This document shows positions 39,529 through 49,686 of a stretch of 64,000 nucleotides of DNA, piece after piece. A program made the position numbers and the translations under genes. How positions within the stretch are numbered: position 1 is the first letter of the stretch; every line of letters begins with the position of its first letter. Where the stretch lies: contig JAJDTI010000076.1 in the NCBI GenBank assembly GCA_022827245.1, positions 13,198 through 77,197 on the forward strand. Direction: 5' to 3'. Below the pieces are notes generated by a model. That model was not told the origin of the DNA. It saw only the letters and a program-made list of their open reading frames with translations, and did not search any database. This DNA is from Pseudomonadales bacterium. GTDB taxonomy: Bacteria; Pseudomonadota; Gammaproteobacteria; Pseudomonadales; Azotimanducaceae.

Positions 39529-42500
39529 GTGCGCCTGCGCTTGCCGCCGCCGAGACGTTCATTGCCCGGTTTTGGAAGGAGGTTGTTCGTCGTGGCCGCC
39601 GTGGCCGCCGTCTGCGCCGCGGCCATGCAGGGCGGCGGACGCCTCCTGATCGCCGCGCTCCCGGAACTGGAACCCCGCGTCAACGCCTGGCTGGCCCCGC
39701 GCGAGGTGACGGTACACGGCCTCTGGGGCGGCTGGAGGCACCTGAACCCGGTCCTCGGCGCGGAGTCGCTTACGCTCCCCGGAGCCGAGTTCCACGATAT
39801 CGCCCTCGAACTCGACGTCGCCGAGAGCCTGTGGCGCAACCGCATCGTGGCGCGGCGCTTCGCGGTCGCCGACGCACGGCTGCGCCTCGAGGAAGGTCCG
39901 GCCGGCTGGCGCCTCCAGGGTGCCGGCGAGGGCCCGGCCCCCGACCTCGAGGCGTTCTTCCGCCATAGCGACGAGGTCCGCCTCGACGCCCGGGTCGAGT
40001 TCCTGGCCAACGGCGCCTCCGGCACGGTCGACATCGCTTTCTCCGCGCTCAACGAGGCGCCGGCGCATCGCTGGCAGGCCGAAGTCTCGACCGACCCCGC
40101 CTGCGGCGACTGTTATGCGCGTCTCGACGCGGACATCCACCAGATCGGGCCCGGCGTCGGGGACCAGACCGGAGCCCTCAGCTTCGAGGCCAGGAAGTTC
40201 CGGCTCCCCGCCCCCCTCGCCGAAGCCCTGGGCGTGCCGGCGCTGATCCTCGACGCGACCGGGCAGTGGTCCGCGGACGGCGTGGACGCGGCGGCCCGCA
40301 CGGAACTGCACCTGTCGGACATCGCCCTTGCCGCCAACCCGGCGAGTCTGACGATCCATGCCACCGCCGCCGGAGCGCACGGTCTTTACCGCGGCGTCGG
40401 ATCGCTGCGGGCCGCGACACGCGACACGGAAATGTCGGTCGAGGACATCGGTTTCGCCGCGGATGCAGCCGGCGCCCTCACCCTGTGGGCGGATCTCCTG
40501 GACCTCGGGGCGTGGAACGCCCTGCTCGTCTCCGCGCTCGGCGCGGGCGGGACGCTGGGCCGGTGGTTGCAGGGCGTGGATGCCCGCGGCCAGCTCCGGG
40601 ACGTCCAACTGCACCTGGACCGGGAGGGCATCGCCTACGAGGCACTGCTGGACGGCGCCTACACCGAGAGTTTCAACGGTATCCCCCGACTCGACGACGC
40701 GGGCGGCCGGCTGCAGGGACACCTGAACGCCATGCGGATAGCGCTCCCCGGCGCGCCCCTGCGCGCCGCGATGCCGGAGCATTTCGACGGCAGGTGGAAC
40801 TACGACAGCGCCGCGGGGGAGATCACGCTCTGGTTCGAGCTCGGCTACCTGGGCCTGCGAGGCACCGGCAACCTCCGGTCCGAACAGGCCGGCGTCGAAC
40901 TGGGGTTGGCGTTGACCCGCCCTCACGACCCGCTCGAAGGACACCTGTCGATGGTGGCGCGGGTCGACCGCGCGACGGTCCGCCATGCCAGGCAGTTCCT
41001 GCCCCGGGAGCTGCGGGGGGACCTGCGCTCCTGGCTGGATACGGGCCTCGTCGACGGGCGGCTCACGGACGGCGCGCTCGCCTACCACGGCCACACGCGC
41101 ACGTTGCCCGACCTGCCGATGCGCAGGATCGTCCTGACCGGGAACGTTCGTGACGGCGTGGTCGCCTACCACCCCGACTGGCCGATCGCCGAGTCCCTCT
41201 CCGGGCGCGTCACCGTCAGCGGCACCGCGGTGCGCGGGCGCTTCGACGCCGGCTCATCGCTCGGCCTGTCGGTACAGGGTCTGCAGGTCGACGTGCCCGG
41301 CGACGCGGCCTACGTGGATGTGGGCGTGCAGGCGCGACCTTCGGCCGGCGAAGCCCTCGCGTTCGCGTTCGCGACGCCGATCGAGGACTTCGTGCAGTTC
41401 GCCTGCGAGTGCTGGACCGGTACCGGTCCAGTGGGGATAGACGCCACGCTCCGGATACCTTTCGGCGGCCCGCCCGAACCCGGCGACGTAGCCGCGACCT
41501 TCGACCTCGACGGTGTCTCCCTCGACCTGACCGACCTCCGCCTGCAGTTCCACGACCTCGCCGGCGCCGCACGCTTCCGCACGCCCCACCACCTCGCGGC
41601 CGAGGGTGTGGAGGGGACGTTGTTCGGCTTCCCCGTGCGGATCGACGCGGCCTCCGACGAGAACGCGGTTTCGTTCGCCCTCGCGGGACACGGCCGTGTG
41701 GAGGACGTCTTCGCGGTGCTGGACCTGCACGACCCGGCCGCAGCGATGGCGCCGTCGGAGGTCGTGGACGGGGAGTTCGACTTCGACGCCACGTTCGATT
41801 TCTTTGCCGCGAGTCACCGCCCGCCGGTGCTGCGGGTCTCGACCGACGCCCTGGGCGTGACCCTCGACCTGCCGGCGCCCCTCGCCAAGGACGCGGCGAC
41901 GGCCCGACCGCTCTCGACGCGCATGGTGTTCTCGGGCGACACCGTGTTCGCGGACGGCAACGACGCGGTGTCGTCCTGGTGGCTGCGGGTCGGCCCGGAC
42001 GCGGAGCTTCGGGGCGCGGTCGGCATCGGCGTCCCGCCGAGACCCCCCGAGGCCGTTCCCGACGGAGTTACCATCGCGGGGGCGCTCAGGCACTTCGACG
42101 CCTCCGGCGCCTCCACGTTGTCCGACGCACCGGTCCGCTGGCGGCTCGACGACCTGGCCGTCCACCGGATCCGGCTGCACGACATCGAACTGACGAACGC
42201 GCGCCTGCAAGGGTCCGGAGGGCCCGGGGAACTCGCGCTCCAGTTCGACAGCGACGAAATGACCGGATCCGTGGCCGTACATCCCGACCGGCCGTTGCGG
42301 CTCGACGTCGCCGAAGTGCGCCTGCCCGGGGGAGAGACCGGCGTCGACCCCGTTCACGTGTCGGTCATCCCGCTGTTGCCGGCGGCGGATGTCGAGATCC
42401 GGCGCGTCCTGCTGGACGGTGAGCACTACGGAAGCTGGCGCTTCGGGGTCCGACCCGGGGAAGACGCCGTCCACTTCACGAACGTGTCCGGCGACATCAA

Positions 42501-43272
42501 GGGTCTGCGCATAGACGCCCTCGAGGACATCGTCTGGACCCAGGGCAACGAGTCGCGCTTCCGCGGAACGGTGACGGCGTCGAACCTGGCCTCCGTGCTG
42601 CCCGCCTGGGGCTACGCGACGAGCGTCGAGAGCACCGACGTCGACATCCGCGGAGACGTTACCTGGCCCGGCTCCCCGCTCAACTTCCAGCTCGATCACC
42701 TGTCCGGCGACATCGGCCTCACGGTGACCGAAGGGCGCTTCCTCGACGTCGGGGAAGTGCCGGCCGGACGCATCCTGACGCTGCTCGATTTCTCGAAGGT
42801 CGCGCAGCGACTGAAGCTCGACTTCTCCGACGTCTTCGGGCGGGGGATCGGCTTCGAACGCATACGCGCCTCGACGAGCCTCGAGCGGGGCGTGCTGCAC
42901 TTCGAGGAACCTCTCGAGATCCAGGGGCCAGGTTCCGAGTTCCGGATCTACGGGACCGTCGACTTTCACGACGGCGCCCTCGACAACGAGATGGTCGTCA
43001 CGCTGCCCCTCTCCTCGAGCCTGCCGTGGTACGCGTTCTGGCTGGCTTCGACGAACCCGGCCACCGCGGCCGGCGTACTGCTGGGGCGCGAAGTGTTCAA
43101 GCGCCAGATCGAGGCCCTCTCCAGCGCCCGCTACCGCGTCACCGGGACGCTCGAGGAACCGAAACCGAGCTTCGTCGGCATATTCACCGGCGAGTTCTCG
43201 GAAGCCACCCCGGAAGCCGCAGCGCCAGCGCCGGAGGCACAGACCGACGCGCAGCAGGGACCGCACGAGTGA
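39529..43272 (+). CDS. yhdP: YhdP family (AsmA-like) envelope protein
   Basis: 1247 aa. N-terminal TM anchor, a long beta-rich body, and a C-terminus '...[37 protein letters not shown]' typical of YhdP. Position between maf and tldD fits. The exact start (GTG 39529) is uncertain. Confidence 0.8.
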   Translation: MRLRLPPPRRSLPGFGRRLFVVAAVAAVCAAAMQGGGRLLIAALPELEPRVNAWLAPREVTVHGLWGGWRHLNPVLGAESLTLPGAEFHDIALELDVAESLWRNRIVARRFAVADARLRLEEGPAGWRLQGAGEGPAPDLEAFFRHSDEVRLDARVEFLANGASGTVDIAFSALNEAPAHRWQAEVSTDPACGDCYARLDADIHQIGPGVGDQTGALSFEARKFRLPAPLAEALGVPALILDATGQWSADGVDAAARTELHLSDIALAANPASLTIHATAAGAHGLYRGVGSLRAATRDTEMSVEDIGFAADAAGALTLWADLLDLGAWNALLVSALGAGGTLGRWLQGVDARGQLRDVQLHLDREGIAYEALLDGAYTESFNGIPRLDDAGGRLQGHLNAMRIALPGAPLRAAMPEHFDGRWNYDSAAGEITLWFELGYLGLRGTGNLRSEQAGVELGLALTRPHDPLEGHLSMVARVDRATVRHARQFLPRELRGDLRSWLDTGLVDGRLTDGALAYHGHTRTLPDLPMRRIVLTGNVRDGVVAYHPDWPIAESLSGRVTVSGTAVRGRFDAGSSLGLSVQGLQVDVPGDAAYVDVGVQARPSAGEALAFAFATPIEDFVQFACECWTGTGPVGIDATLRIPFGGPPEPGDVAATFDLDGVSLDLTDLRLQFHDLAGAARFRTPHHLAAEGVEGTLFGFPVRIDAASDENAVSFALAGHGRVEDVFAVLDLHDPAAAMAPSEVVDGEFDFDATFDFFAASHRPPVLRVSTDALGVTLDLPAPLAKDAATARPLSTRMVFSGDTVFADGNDAVSSWWLRVGPDAELRGAVGIGVPPRPPEAVPDGVTIAGALRHFDASGASTLSDAPVRWRLDDLAVHRIRLHDIELTNARLQGSGGPGELALQFDSDEMTGSVAVHPDRPLRLDVAEVRLPGGETGVDPVHVSVIPLLPAADVEIRRVLLDGEHYGSWRFGVRPGEDAVHFTNVSGDIKGLRIDALEDIVWTQGNESRFRGTVTASNLASVLPAWGYATSVESTDVDIRGDVTWPGSPLNFQLDHLSGDIGLTVTEGRFLDVGEVPAGRILTLLDFSKVAQRLKLDFSDVFGRGIGFERIRASTSLERGVLHFEEPLEIQGPGSEFRIYGTVDFHDGALDNEMVVTLPLSSSLPWYAFWLASTNPATAAGVLLGREVFKRQIEALSSARYRVTGTLEEPKPSFVGIFTGEFSEATPEAAAPAPEAQTDAQQGPHE

Positions 43273-44729
43273 ACGAACCGATCGAAGTCGCCAAGCGCCA
43301 GCTCTGGGAAAGCAGCGAGATCGCCGACCGCGACGTGGACCGGCTCGTCGGCCGGCTGATGCGCCGCGACGTCGACACCGGCGAGCTCTTCTTCCAGCAC
43401 CGCCGGTCGGAGTCCTGGAGCCTCGAGGACGGCGCCGTCAAGGACGGCTACTTCAGCGTCGACCGCGGCGTCGGCGTGCGTGCGATCAGCGGCGAGAAGA
43501 CCGGCTTCGCCTATGCCGACGACATCGCGCTGCCCGCGCTCTCGCAGGCCGCCGACGCGGCGCGGTCCATCGCGCGGGCCGGCGGCGACCGCGCCGTCCA
43601 GGCCTATGCCCGGAACGCGGCGCCCTCCCGGTACGCGGCCCTGGATCCCATCGGCTCCGCCAGCGACGACGACAAGGTGGCCGTGCTGTCGCGCGTCGAC
43701 GCCTTCGCACGCGACCTCGACCCTCGGGTCACGGAGGTCACCGCCCGGATCGCCGCGAGCCAGGAGATCCACCTCGTCGTCGCCAGCGACGGCACGCTGG
43801 CGGGGGACGTCCGTCCGCTGGTCCGCTTCGACGTCACCGTGATCGCGGAACAGGACGGCCGCCGCGAACGCGGCTTCGGCGGCAGCGGTGGCCGGCACGA
43901 CCTCGGGTCGATCCTGGCCCGGGGCGCCGACGGGTCCGACGGGACTCCCGAGCAGGTCGCGCGCGAGGCGGTGCGCCAGGCGTTGCTCAACCTCGACGCC
44001 GTCGACGCGCCGGCCGGCTCGATGCCCGTCGTGCTCGGTCCCGGTTGGCCGGGCGTCCTGCTGCACGAGGCGGTGGGACATGGCCTCGAAGGGGACTTCA
44101 ACCGCAAGGGCACGTCCACCTACTCCGGCCGCGTCGGCGAGCGGATCGCCTCGAGCCTGTGCACCGTGATCGACGACGCCACCCTCTCGGACCGTCGCGG
44201 CTCGCTGACCGTCGACGACGAAGGGACCGCCGGGCAGCGGACGGTCCTGATCGAGAACGGTGTACTCACGGGGTACATGCAGGACAAACTCAACGCCCGG
44301 CTGATGGGCGCGGCGCCCACCGGCAACGGACGGCGCCAGTCGTACGCGCACGTCCCGATGCCGCGCATGACCAACACCTTCCTGCTCGATGGCGAGTCGG
44401 CGCCGGAGGAGATCCTCGCCAGCGTCGATCGCGGGATCTTCGCCGTGAGCTTCGGCGGCGGCCAGGTCGACATCGCCTCCGGCCGGTTCACGTTCTCGGC
44501 GACCGAGGCTTACCTGATCGAGGACGGCCGGGTCACCGCGCCCATCCGTGGCGCAACGCTGATCGGCAACGGTCCCGACATCATGACGCGGGTCTCGATG
44601 GTCGGTAACGACCTCGAACTCGACCGCGGCGTGGGCGTGTGCGGCAAGGACGGCCAGAGCGTGCCCGTCGGCGTGGGGCAGCCGACGCTGAAGATCGACC
44701 GGATCACCGTCGGCGGGACGCGTTCCTGA
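43269..44729 (+). CDS. tldD: Metalloprotease TldD
   Basis: GTG at 43269 overlaps the yhdP TGA. '[13 protein letters not shown]'. 486 aa. Confidence 0.92.
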   Translation: MNEPIEVAKRQLWESSEIADRDVDRLVGRLMRRDVDTGELFFQHRRSESWSLEDGAVKDGYFSVDRGVGVRAISGEKTGFAYADDIALPALSQAADAARSIARAGGDRAVQAYARNAAPSRYAALDPIGSASDDDKVAVLSRVDAFARDLDPRVTEVTARIAASQEIHLVVASDGTLAGDVRPLVRFDVTVIAEQDGRRERGFGGSGGRHDLGSILARGADGSDGTPEQVAREAVRQALLNLDAVDAPAGSMPVVLGPGWPGVLLHEAVGHGLEGDFNRKGTSTYSGRVGERIASSLCTVIDDATLSDRRGSLTVDDEGTAGQRTVLIENGVLTGYMQDKLNARLMGAAPTGNGRRQSYAHVPMPRMTNTFLLDGESAPEEILASVDRGIFAVSFGGGQVDIASGRFTFSATEAYLIEDGRVTAPIRGATLIGNGPDIMTRVSMVGNDLELDRGVGVCGKDGQSVPVGVGQPTLKIDRITVGGTRS

Positions 44730-44754
44730 CGACGGTTCCTCCCCGGGCCGCCGG

Positions 44755-45300
44755 TCAATCCGAGCCGTCGGCGCGATCCTCCCGTTCCTCCCGTTCCTCC
44801 CGTTCCCGGAGGAGCCGAAACAGCCGGCGCGCGAAGTCCGCGCGCACCTCCGGATCCCGCGCCCGCCGCGTGCGGCCGATCAACTGCCGCAGCGACTGCA
44901 CGTCGGTCCCCGGATACCGGCCAACGTACTCGGTGAGCGCCTCCGGCTCAGCGAGCAGGCGCTCCCGCCAGCGCTCGAGCCGGCGGTTCCGGCCGCGCTC
45001 CTCCGGCGTGAACTCGGTCACCCGGGCCAGGCCGGCCGCTATGGCATCGCGGTCCTCGTTGCGCATCAGGCGCCCGATGCGCTGCAACTGACGCCGCCGA
45101 GCCTCGCGTTGCGACAGCCCCCGGTATGCGTCCAGCGCATCGGACAATGCCTCGCTGACCGGAATGCGGGCGAGCCGCTCGGGGTCTATGCGCGTCAAGG
45201 CCTCACCCAGGCGGCGCGCCTCCCTGGCGTCGCGCTTGCGGGCGGACTTGCTGACCGCGGGCGCACGGTCGGCCTCTGGCGACCCACCGTCGGTCTTCAT
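44755..45300 (-). CDS. yjgA: Ribosome-associated protein YjgA (DUF615)
   Basis: ATG at 45300. 181 aa, basic and helical ('RQLQRIGRLMRNED'). Divergent from pmbA, as in enterobacteria. Confidence 0.7.
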   Translation of the reverse strand: MKTDGGSPEADRAPAVSKSARKRDAREARRLGEALTRIDPERLARIPVSEALSDALDAYRGLSQREARRRQLQRIGRLMRNEDRDAIAAGLARVTEFTPEERGRNRRLERWRERLLAEPEALTEYVGRYPGTDVQSLRQLIGRTRRARDPEVRADFARRLFRLLREREEREEREDRADGSD

Positions 45301-45318
45301 GTCGGCTATGCTACCGGA

Positions 45319-46662
45319 ATGTCCCAGGCCCTCACGGAAGTCGCGGAACAGGAGCGCGAGCTCAAGGACCTGGTCGCGGGCATCCTGGAGGAAGCGCGCC
45401 GCCAGGGCGCGTCCGCGGCGGAGGTGTCGGTGAGCGAAGACGAGGGGCTGACCGTCTCCGTCCGCCAGCGCGACCTCGAGACCGTGGAGTTCAACCGCGA
45501 CCGGGGCTTCGGCATCACCGCCTACGTCGGCGACCGCAAGGGGTCCGCCAGCACCTCCGACGCCAGCCCGGATGCCGTGCGCACGACCGTGCGGGCGGCG
45601 CTCGCCATCGCGCGCCATACCGGGGGGGACCCCTGCAACGGCCTTGCCGACCGCGAGCGGATCGCGACCGAGTGGCCGGAGCTCGATCTCTACCATCCCT
45701 GGGACGCCGGGCCGGACGACCTGCGGGAACTGGCGCTCGAGATGGAAGCCGCCGGGCTCGACCACGACCCGCGGATCGTCAACTCGGAAGGCGCACAGAT
45801 GTCTACCCAGCGCGGCTGCCGCGTCTACGGCAACAGCCACGGCTTCCTGGGCGCCACCCGCGCCACGCGCCACGGCGGGACCTGCGTCATGATCGCCCGG
45901 GACGACCGCGGCATGCAGCGCGACTACTGGTACAGCGTAGCCCGGGACGCCGCCGACCTCGAAGACCCCGTCGGCGTCGGCGAGCAGGCGGCGCAACGCA
46001 CCGTCGCGCGGCTGGGGGCCCGACCCGTCACCACGGGTTCGTGGCCGGTGCTGTTCAGCCCACGGATCGCGGCGGGGGTGCTGGGGCACCTCATGGGGGC
46101 GATCAGCGGGGGGGCACTCTACCGCCGTGCCTCGTACCTGGTGGACGCCCTCGGGCGCGACGTCGCCGCGAAGTCACTCACGCTGGCAGAGCATCCGCAT
46201 CTGCCCAAGGCCCTCGGCAGCGCCGGCTTCGACGGCGACGGGGTGGCGACCGCCGGCAAGGCGTTCGTCGAGAACGGGCGCCTGACGAGCTACGTCCTCG
46301 ATACCTATGCCGCACGCCGCCTCGGCATGGAGACCACGGGGAACGCGGGGGGCGTCTTCAATCTCGCCGTCGAATGCGACGCCGTCGCGCCGGAGGCGTT
46401 GATGGAGGAGATGGGCACGGGGCTCCTCGTCAACGAGCTCATGGGACAGGGCGTGAACCTGGTGTCGGGCGACTACTCGCGCGGCGCCGCGGGTTTCTGG
46501 GTGGAAGACGGCAAACCCGCCTTTCCGGTCGACGAGATCACCATCGCTTCCAACCTCGACGCCATGTTCAAGGGCATCGCCGGCGTCGGCGACGACGTCG
46601 ACACGCGCGGCAACATCCGCACCGGCTCCGTCCTCGTGAGTTCGATGACCGTCGCCGCCTGA
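45319..46662 (+). CDS. pmbA: Metalloprotease PmbA (TldE)
   Basis: ATG at 45319. 447 aa. 'GFGITAYVGDRKGSASTSD', 'GDYSRGAAGFWVEDG'. Confidence 0.92.
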   Translation: MSQALTEVAEQERELKDLVAGILEEARRQGASAAEVSVSEDEGLTVSVRQRDLETVEFNRDRGFGITAYVGDRKGSASTSDASPDAVRTTVRAALAIARHTGGDPCNGLADRERIATEWPELDLYHPWDAGPDDLRELALEMEAAGLDHDPRIVNSEGAQMSTQRGCRVYGNSHGFLGATRATRHGGTCVMIARDDRGMQRDYWYSVARDAADLEDPVGVGEQAAQRTVARLGARPVTTGSWPVLFSPRIAAGVLGHLMGAISGGALYRRASYLVDALGRDVAAKSLTLAEHPHLPKALGSAGFDGDGVATAGKAFVENGRLTSYVLDTYAARRLGMETTGNAGGVFNLAVECDAVAPEALMEEMGTGLLVNELMGQGVNLVSGDYSRGAAGFWVEDGKPAFPVDEITIASNLDAMFKGIAGVGDDVDTRGNIRTGSVLVSSMTVAA

Positions 46663-46684
46663 GCTTCGGGAGGGTTCCGCGCCC

Positions 46685-48022
46685 TCACGCGTACACGAGG
46701 GTCGCGAGCCCGAGGAAGGTAAAGAACCCCGCCACATCCGTGATCGTCGTCAGCACGACCCCGCCGGCGATCGCGGGATCGACGTCCAGCATCGCGAGCA
46801 GGGATGGCAGCAGGCTTCCGGCGATGGCCGCGACGAGGATGTTGATGACCATCGCAAGGGCGATGATCCCGCCCAGCGTCGCGTCCTGGAACGCCAGCGC
46901 CGCGGCCGTCGCGACGAGCGCGGCCCACAGCAGCCCGTTGAGCGCGGCGATCAGGAGTTCCCGGTTGAGGAACCAGCCAAGGTTGGCCGGGGCGATCTGC
47001 CCGAGCGCCATGCCCCTGATGACCAGCGTCAGGGTCTGCGTCCCGGCGATGCCGCCCATGCTCGCGACGATCGGCATCAGCACCGCGAGCGCGACGACCT
47101 CCGCGATGGTCTCCTCGAAGACGTTGATCACGGCCGCGGCGAGGAACGCCGTGATGAGGTTCACCCCCAGCCAGGTCGCGCGGCGGCGCGCCGACCGGAG
47201 CACCGGCGTGAACGTCTCCTCGTCGGTCTCGAGGCCGGCCTGCGCGAGCAGTGTCTCGTCCGCGTCCTCGATGATGACGTCCACGACGTCGTCGATGGTG
47301 ATCCGGCCCGCGAGCCGGCCGTCGGCGGTCACCACCGGCGCGGAAACCAGGTCCCGCTCGGCGAACAGGCGGGCCACGCGGTCGTCCGGCAGATCCACCG
47401 GAACGGCCTCCACCTCCGCGTCCATGACTTCCCGGACGGTGACCTTCGGGTCGGCCGTCAGCAGTCGCGCGACCGGCAGGACGCCGAGGTACGCGTCCGC
47501 GCTGTCGACCACGAAGAGCTGGTCGGTGGCATCCGGCAGCGTTCGCCGCCGCCGCAGGTAACGCATGACGACCTCGATGCTGTGCCGCGGCCGCACCGCC
47601 ACGGTGTCGGTGTTCATCATGCCGCCGGCGGTGTCGTCCGGATAGGAGAGCACGACCTCGACGCGGCCGCGGTGCGCGGCGCTCATCGACTCGAGCACCT
47701 GCTGCATGAGCGTGTCCGGGAGCTGCTGCAGGATGTCCGCGAGGTCGTCGGTGTCGAGTTCGTCGGCGGCCGCGGCCAGGTCGCGCGCATCCATCGCCTC
47801 GGCGAGGTCGCCGCGCACCTCGTCGTCGAGACTGTTGAGCACCCCGCCAACGCGGCCGGGCTCGAGGAACCCCCACAGGATGCCCCGCACCTTCGGAGGC
47901 GTCGCCTCCAGCACGTTCGCGACTTCCGCGTCGTTCATGCTCCGGAGCAGGGAGCGCGTCTCGCCCGACGCGCCCTCGCCTACGGAACGGACGATCTCCG
48001 GGAGCCGCCGGGGGGTTTCCAT
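46685..48022 (-). CDS. mgtE: Magnesium transporter MgtE
   Basis: 445 aa. 'PDDTAGGMMNT', a CBS pair, and a C-terminal TM domain 'MPIVASMGGIAGTQT'. Confidence 0.93.
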   Translation of the reverse strand: METPRRLPEIVRSVGEGASGETRSLLRSMNDAEVANVLEATPPKVRGILWGFLEPGRVGGVLNSLDDEVRGDLAEAMDARDLAAAADELDTDDLADILQQLPDTLMQQVLESMSAAHRGRVEVVLSYPDDTAGGMMNTDTVAVRPRHSIEVVMRYLRRRRTLPDATDQLFVVDSADAYLGVLPVARLLTADPKVTVREVMDAEVEAVPVDLPDDRVARLFAERDLVSAPVVTADGRLAGRITIDDVVDVIIEDADETLLAQAGLETDEETFTPVLRSARRRATWLGVNLITAFLAAAVINVFEETIAEVVALAVLMPIVASMGGIAGTQTLTLVIRGMALGQIAPANLGWFLNRELLIAALNGLLWAALVATAAALAFQDATLGGIIALAMVINILVAAIAGSLLPSLLAMLDVDPAIAGGVVLTTITDVAGFFTFLGLATLVYA

Positions 48023-48066
48023 GGTCGCCAGCGTTCGAGGGACGGGACGCCGCAGGGGCGTCCCTC

Positions 48067-48336
48067 CTACTCGGCCTCTCCGAAGCGGTCGGCGACGAGC
48101 CCCGTCAGCGCCGTGAAGGCCTCGAGGTCGTCCGGCCCGTCCACGCGCAGGACCAGCTCCGTACCCCGCGCGGCGGCCAGCATCATCACCCCCATGATGC
48201 TCTTGCCGTCCACCGACTTGTCGCCCACCCGCACCTCGACCGTCGAGGAGAACGTCTTGGCGAGGTTGACGAACTTCGCCGCCGCGCGGGCATGCAGACC
48301 CAACGCGTTGACTACGGTGATGTGCGCCTCGATCAC
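48067..48336 (-). CDS. ptsO: HPr-family phosphocarrier protein (NPr of the nitrogen PTS)
   Basis: GTG at 48336 (GTGA overlap with the rapZ stop). 89 aa. 'NALGLHARAAAKF' (His15) and 'GKSIMGVMML' (Ser46). Confidence 0.88.
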   Translation of the reverse strand: MIEAHITVVNALGLHARAAAKFVNLAKTFSSTVEVRVGDKSVDGKSIMGVMMLAAARGTELVLRVDGPDDLEAFTALTGLVADRFGEAE

Positions 48337-48701
48337 CCCGCGTTTCCCGTGTGGCGGACGCTCACGCCCGGCATGCGGTCGCGCAGGTGGCGGGCCAGCC
48401 GTTCCGCCATGTACACCGAACGGTGCTGTCCGCCCGTACAGCCGATGGCGACGTGCACGGCCGCCCGGTCCCGCGCGGCGAACTTCGGCAGCCAGGTCTC
48501 GAGGTAGCCGCGGATGTCGTCGAACATGCGGTCGGCGTCGGGGTCTTCGTCGAGGAACGCGATCACCGCCGCGTCCCGGCCCGTGAGCGCCTGCAGCGTT
48601 TCGACCCAGTGCGGATTGGCGAGGCAGCGCACGTCGAACACGAAGTCCGCGTCGGGGGGCAGCCCGTGCTTGTAGCCGAAAGAACTGACGAGCACCTTCA
48701 T
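48333..48701 (-). CDS. rapZ: RapZ C-terminal domain only (122 aa); the P-loop NTPase domain is absent
   Basis: 'SSFGYKHGLPPDADFVFDVRCLANPHW...VAIGCTGGQHRSVYMAERLA' aligns by eye with E. coli RapZ residues from about 155 to the end. Its ATG overlaps the ptsN stop (ATGA), so there is no room for an N-terminal domain. Confidence 0.85.
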   Translation of the reverse strand: MKVLVSSFGYKHGLPPDADFVFDVRCLANPHWVETLQALTGRDAAVIAFLDEDPDADRMFDDIRGYLETWLPKFAARDRAAVHVAIGCTGGQHRSVYMAERLARHLRDRMPGVSVRHTGNAG

Positions 48702-49165
48702 GCGGCGGCGCGGCCCACCATCCGCAGCAGCGTCTCCCGGAGTTCCGCGTCGTCCTCCGCGCGGCGCAGCATCTTCCTGTTGGAGGGCAGATCGAAGGCC
48801 TGCGCGAGGGCGCCGAGTATCTCGAGGTGGCGCCGCGCCTCGCCGTCGGGAACGACCAGCACGAACAGCAGGTCGACGGGCAGCCCGTCCGGCGCGTCGA
48901 AATCCAGCGGTACCGCCAGCCGCAGCAGGGCCGCGGCCGGCCGGACGCAGGGCATCCTGCAGTGCGGAATCGCCACGCCGTCCCCCAGGCAGGTGTTGCC
49001 CAATCGCTCGCGCGCGAGGAGTCCTTCGAGGAGACGCCGGGGCTCCATGTCCGGGCGGTCACCCGCGATGATCTCGCTCGCCTGCTCGAGGGCCGCCTTC
49101 TTCGACGCGGCCCGGTGACCCGCGCGCGTGCAGGACGGAAGCAGAAGCTCGTGGAAGTCGATCAT
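48698..49165 (-). CDS. ptsN: PTS IIA-Ntr (PtsN)
   Basis: ATG at 49165 (MIDFHELLLP...). Phosphorylation site 'GDGVAIPHCR'. 155 aa. Confidence 0.9.
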   Translation of the reverse strand: MIDFHELLLPSCTRAGHRAASKKAALEQASEIIAGDRPDMEPRRLLEGLLARERLGNTCLGDGVAIPHCRMPCVRPAAALLRLAVPLDFDAPDGLPVDLLFVLVVPDGEARRHLEILGALAQAFDLPSNRKMLRRAEDDAELRETLLRMVGRAAA

Positions 49166-49186
49166 CGATGGCCCAGCCTCGACCAG

Positions 49187-49235
49187 GGGCTTGCGCCGTG
49201 GAATTGAACGGCAGTGGACTCTACGGCGCAAGCCC
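49187..49235. other. Perfect 13-bp stem / 23-nt loop hairpin in the hpf-ptsN intergenic region
   Basis: GGGCTTGCGCCGT (49187..49199) pairs with ACGGCGCAAGCCC (49223..49235). No U-tract follows on the minus strand, so it is not a classical terminator. Confidence 0.6.
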
Positions 49236-49282
49236 AGGGCGAGGTGGGCGCTCAGGGCCAGCGAGGCGCCTTGCGGGGCGTC

Positions 49283-49585
49283 CTAGTTGCTGCGCACCCG
49301 GTGGTCGTGGACCTTTTCCTTGTGCTTGACCACCTGTCGGTCGAGCTTGTCCAGCAACGCATCGATCGCCGCGTAGAGGTCCGTGTCGTCCGCGTTCGCG
49401 AAGAGTTCGGCCCCATTGGTGTGAACCGTGGCTTCCGCACGCTGCACCAGCTTGTTCACGGAGAGGATCACGTGCACGTTGGTGATGTGGTCGTCATGGC
49501 GTTGCAGGCGCGACATCTTGTTCCTGACGTACGCCTTCAGCGCGTCCGTGACGTCGATGTGCCGTCCTGAGATGCTGAGCTGCAT
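49283..49585 (-). CDS. hpf: Ribosome hibernation promoting factor (short HPF)
   Basis: 100 aa. 'MQLSISGRHIDVTDALKAYV'. Position downstream of rpoN fits. Confidence 0.92.
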   Translation of the reverse strand: MQLSISGRHIDVTDALKAYVRNKMSRLQRHDDHITNVHVILSVNKLVQRAEATVHTNGAELFANADDTDLYAAIDALLDKLDRQVVKHKEKVHDHRVRSN

Positions 49586-49686
49586 GAAACCTCCTTACCG
49601 CCGTCGGTCCGGCGCGCCAGCAGCCCCTGCGGGGTAGCACCAAGTGTACACGGGGACGCCCCTTGCGTTTCCGGGCGCCCGCCAGG

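Noticed and set aside
39559-43266. Minus-strand ORFs 39559..41172 (537 aa) and 41254..43266 (670 aa)
   Set aside because: They are antisense to yhdP and have R/G/P/E-rich low-complexity sequences. yhdP is supported by its conserved C-terminus and by synteny.
48337-49062. Upstream 240 codons of ORF 48067..49062, considered as a possible hiding place for a RapZ N-domain
   Set aside because: The translation is nonsense (R/P/G/C/W-rich) with no P-loop. It overlaps the rapZ C-terminal domain and ptsN in another frame. Only the last 89 codons (HPr) are real.
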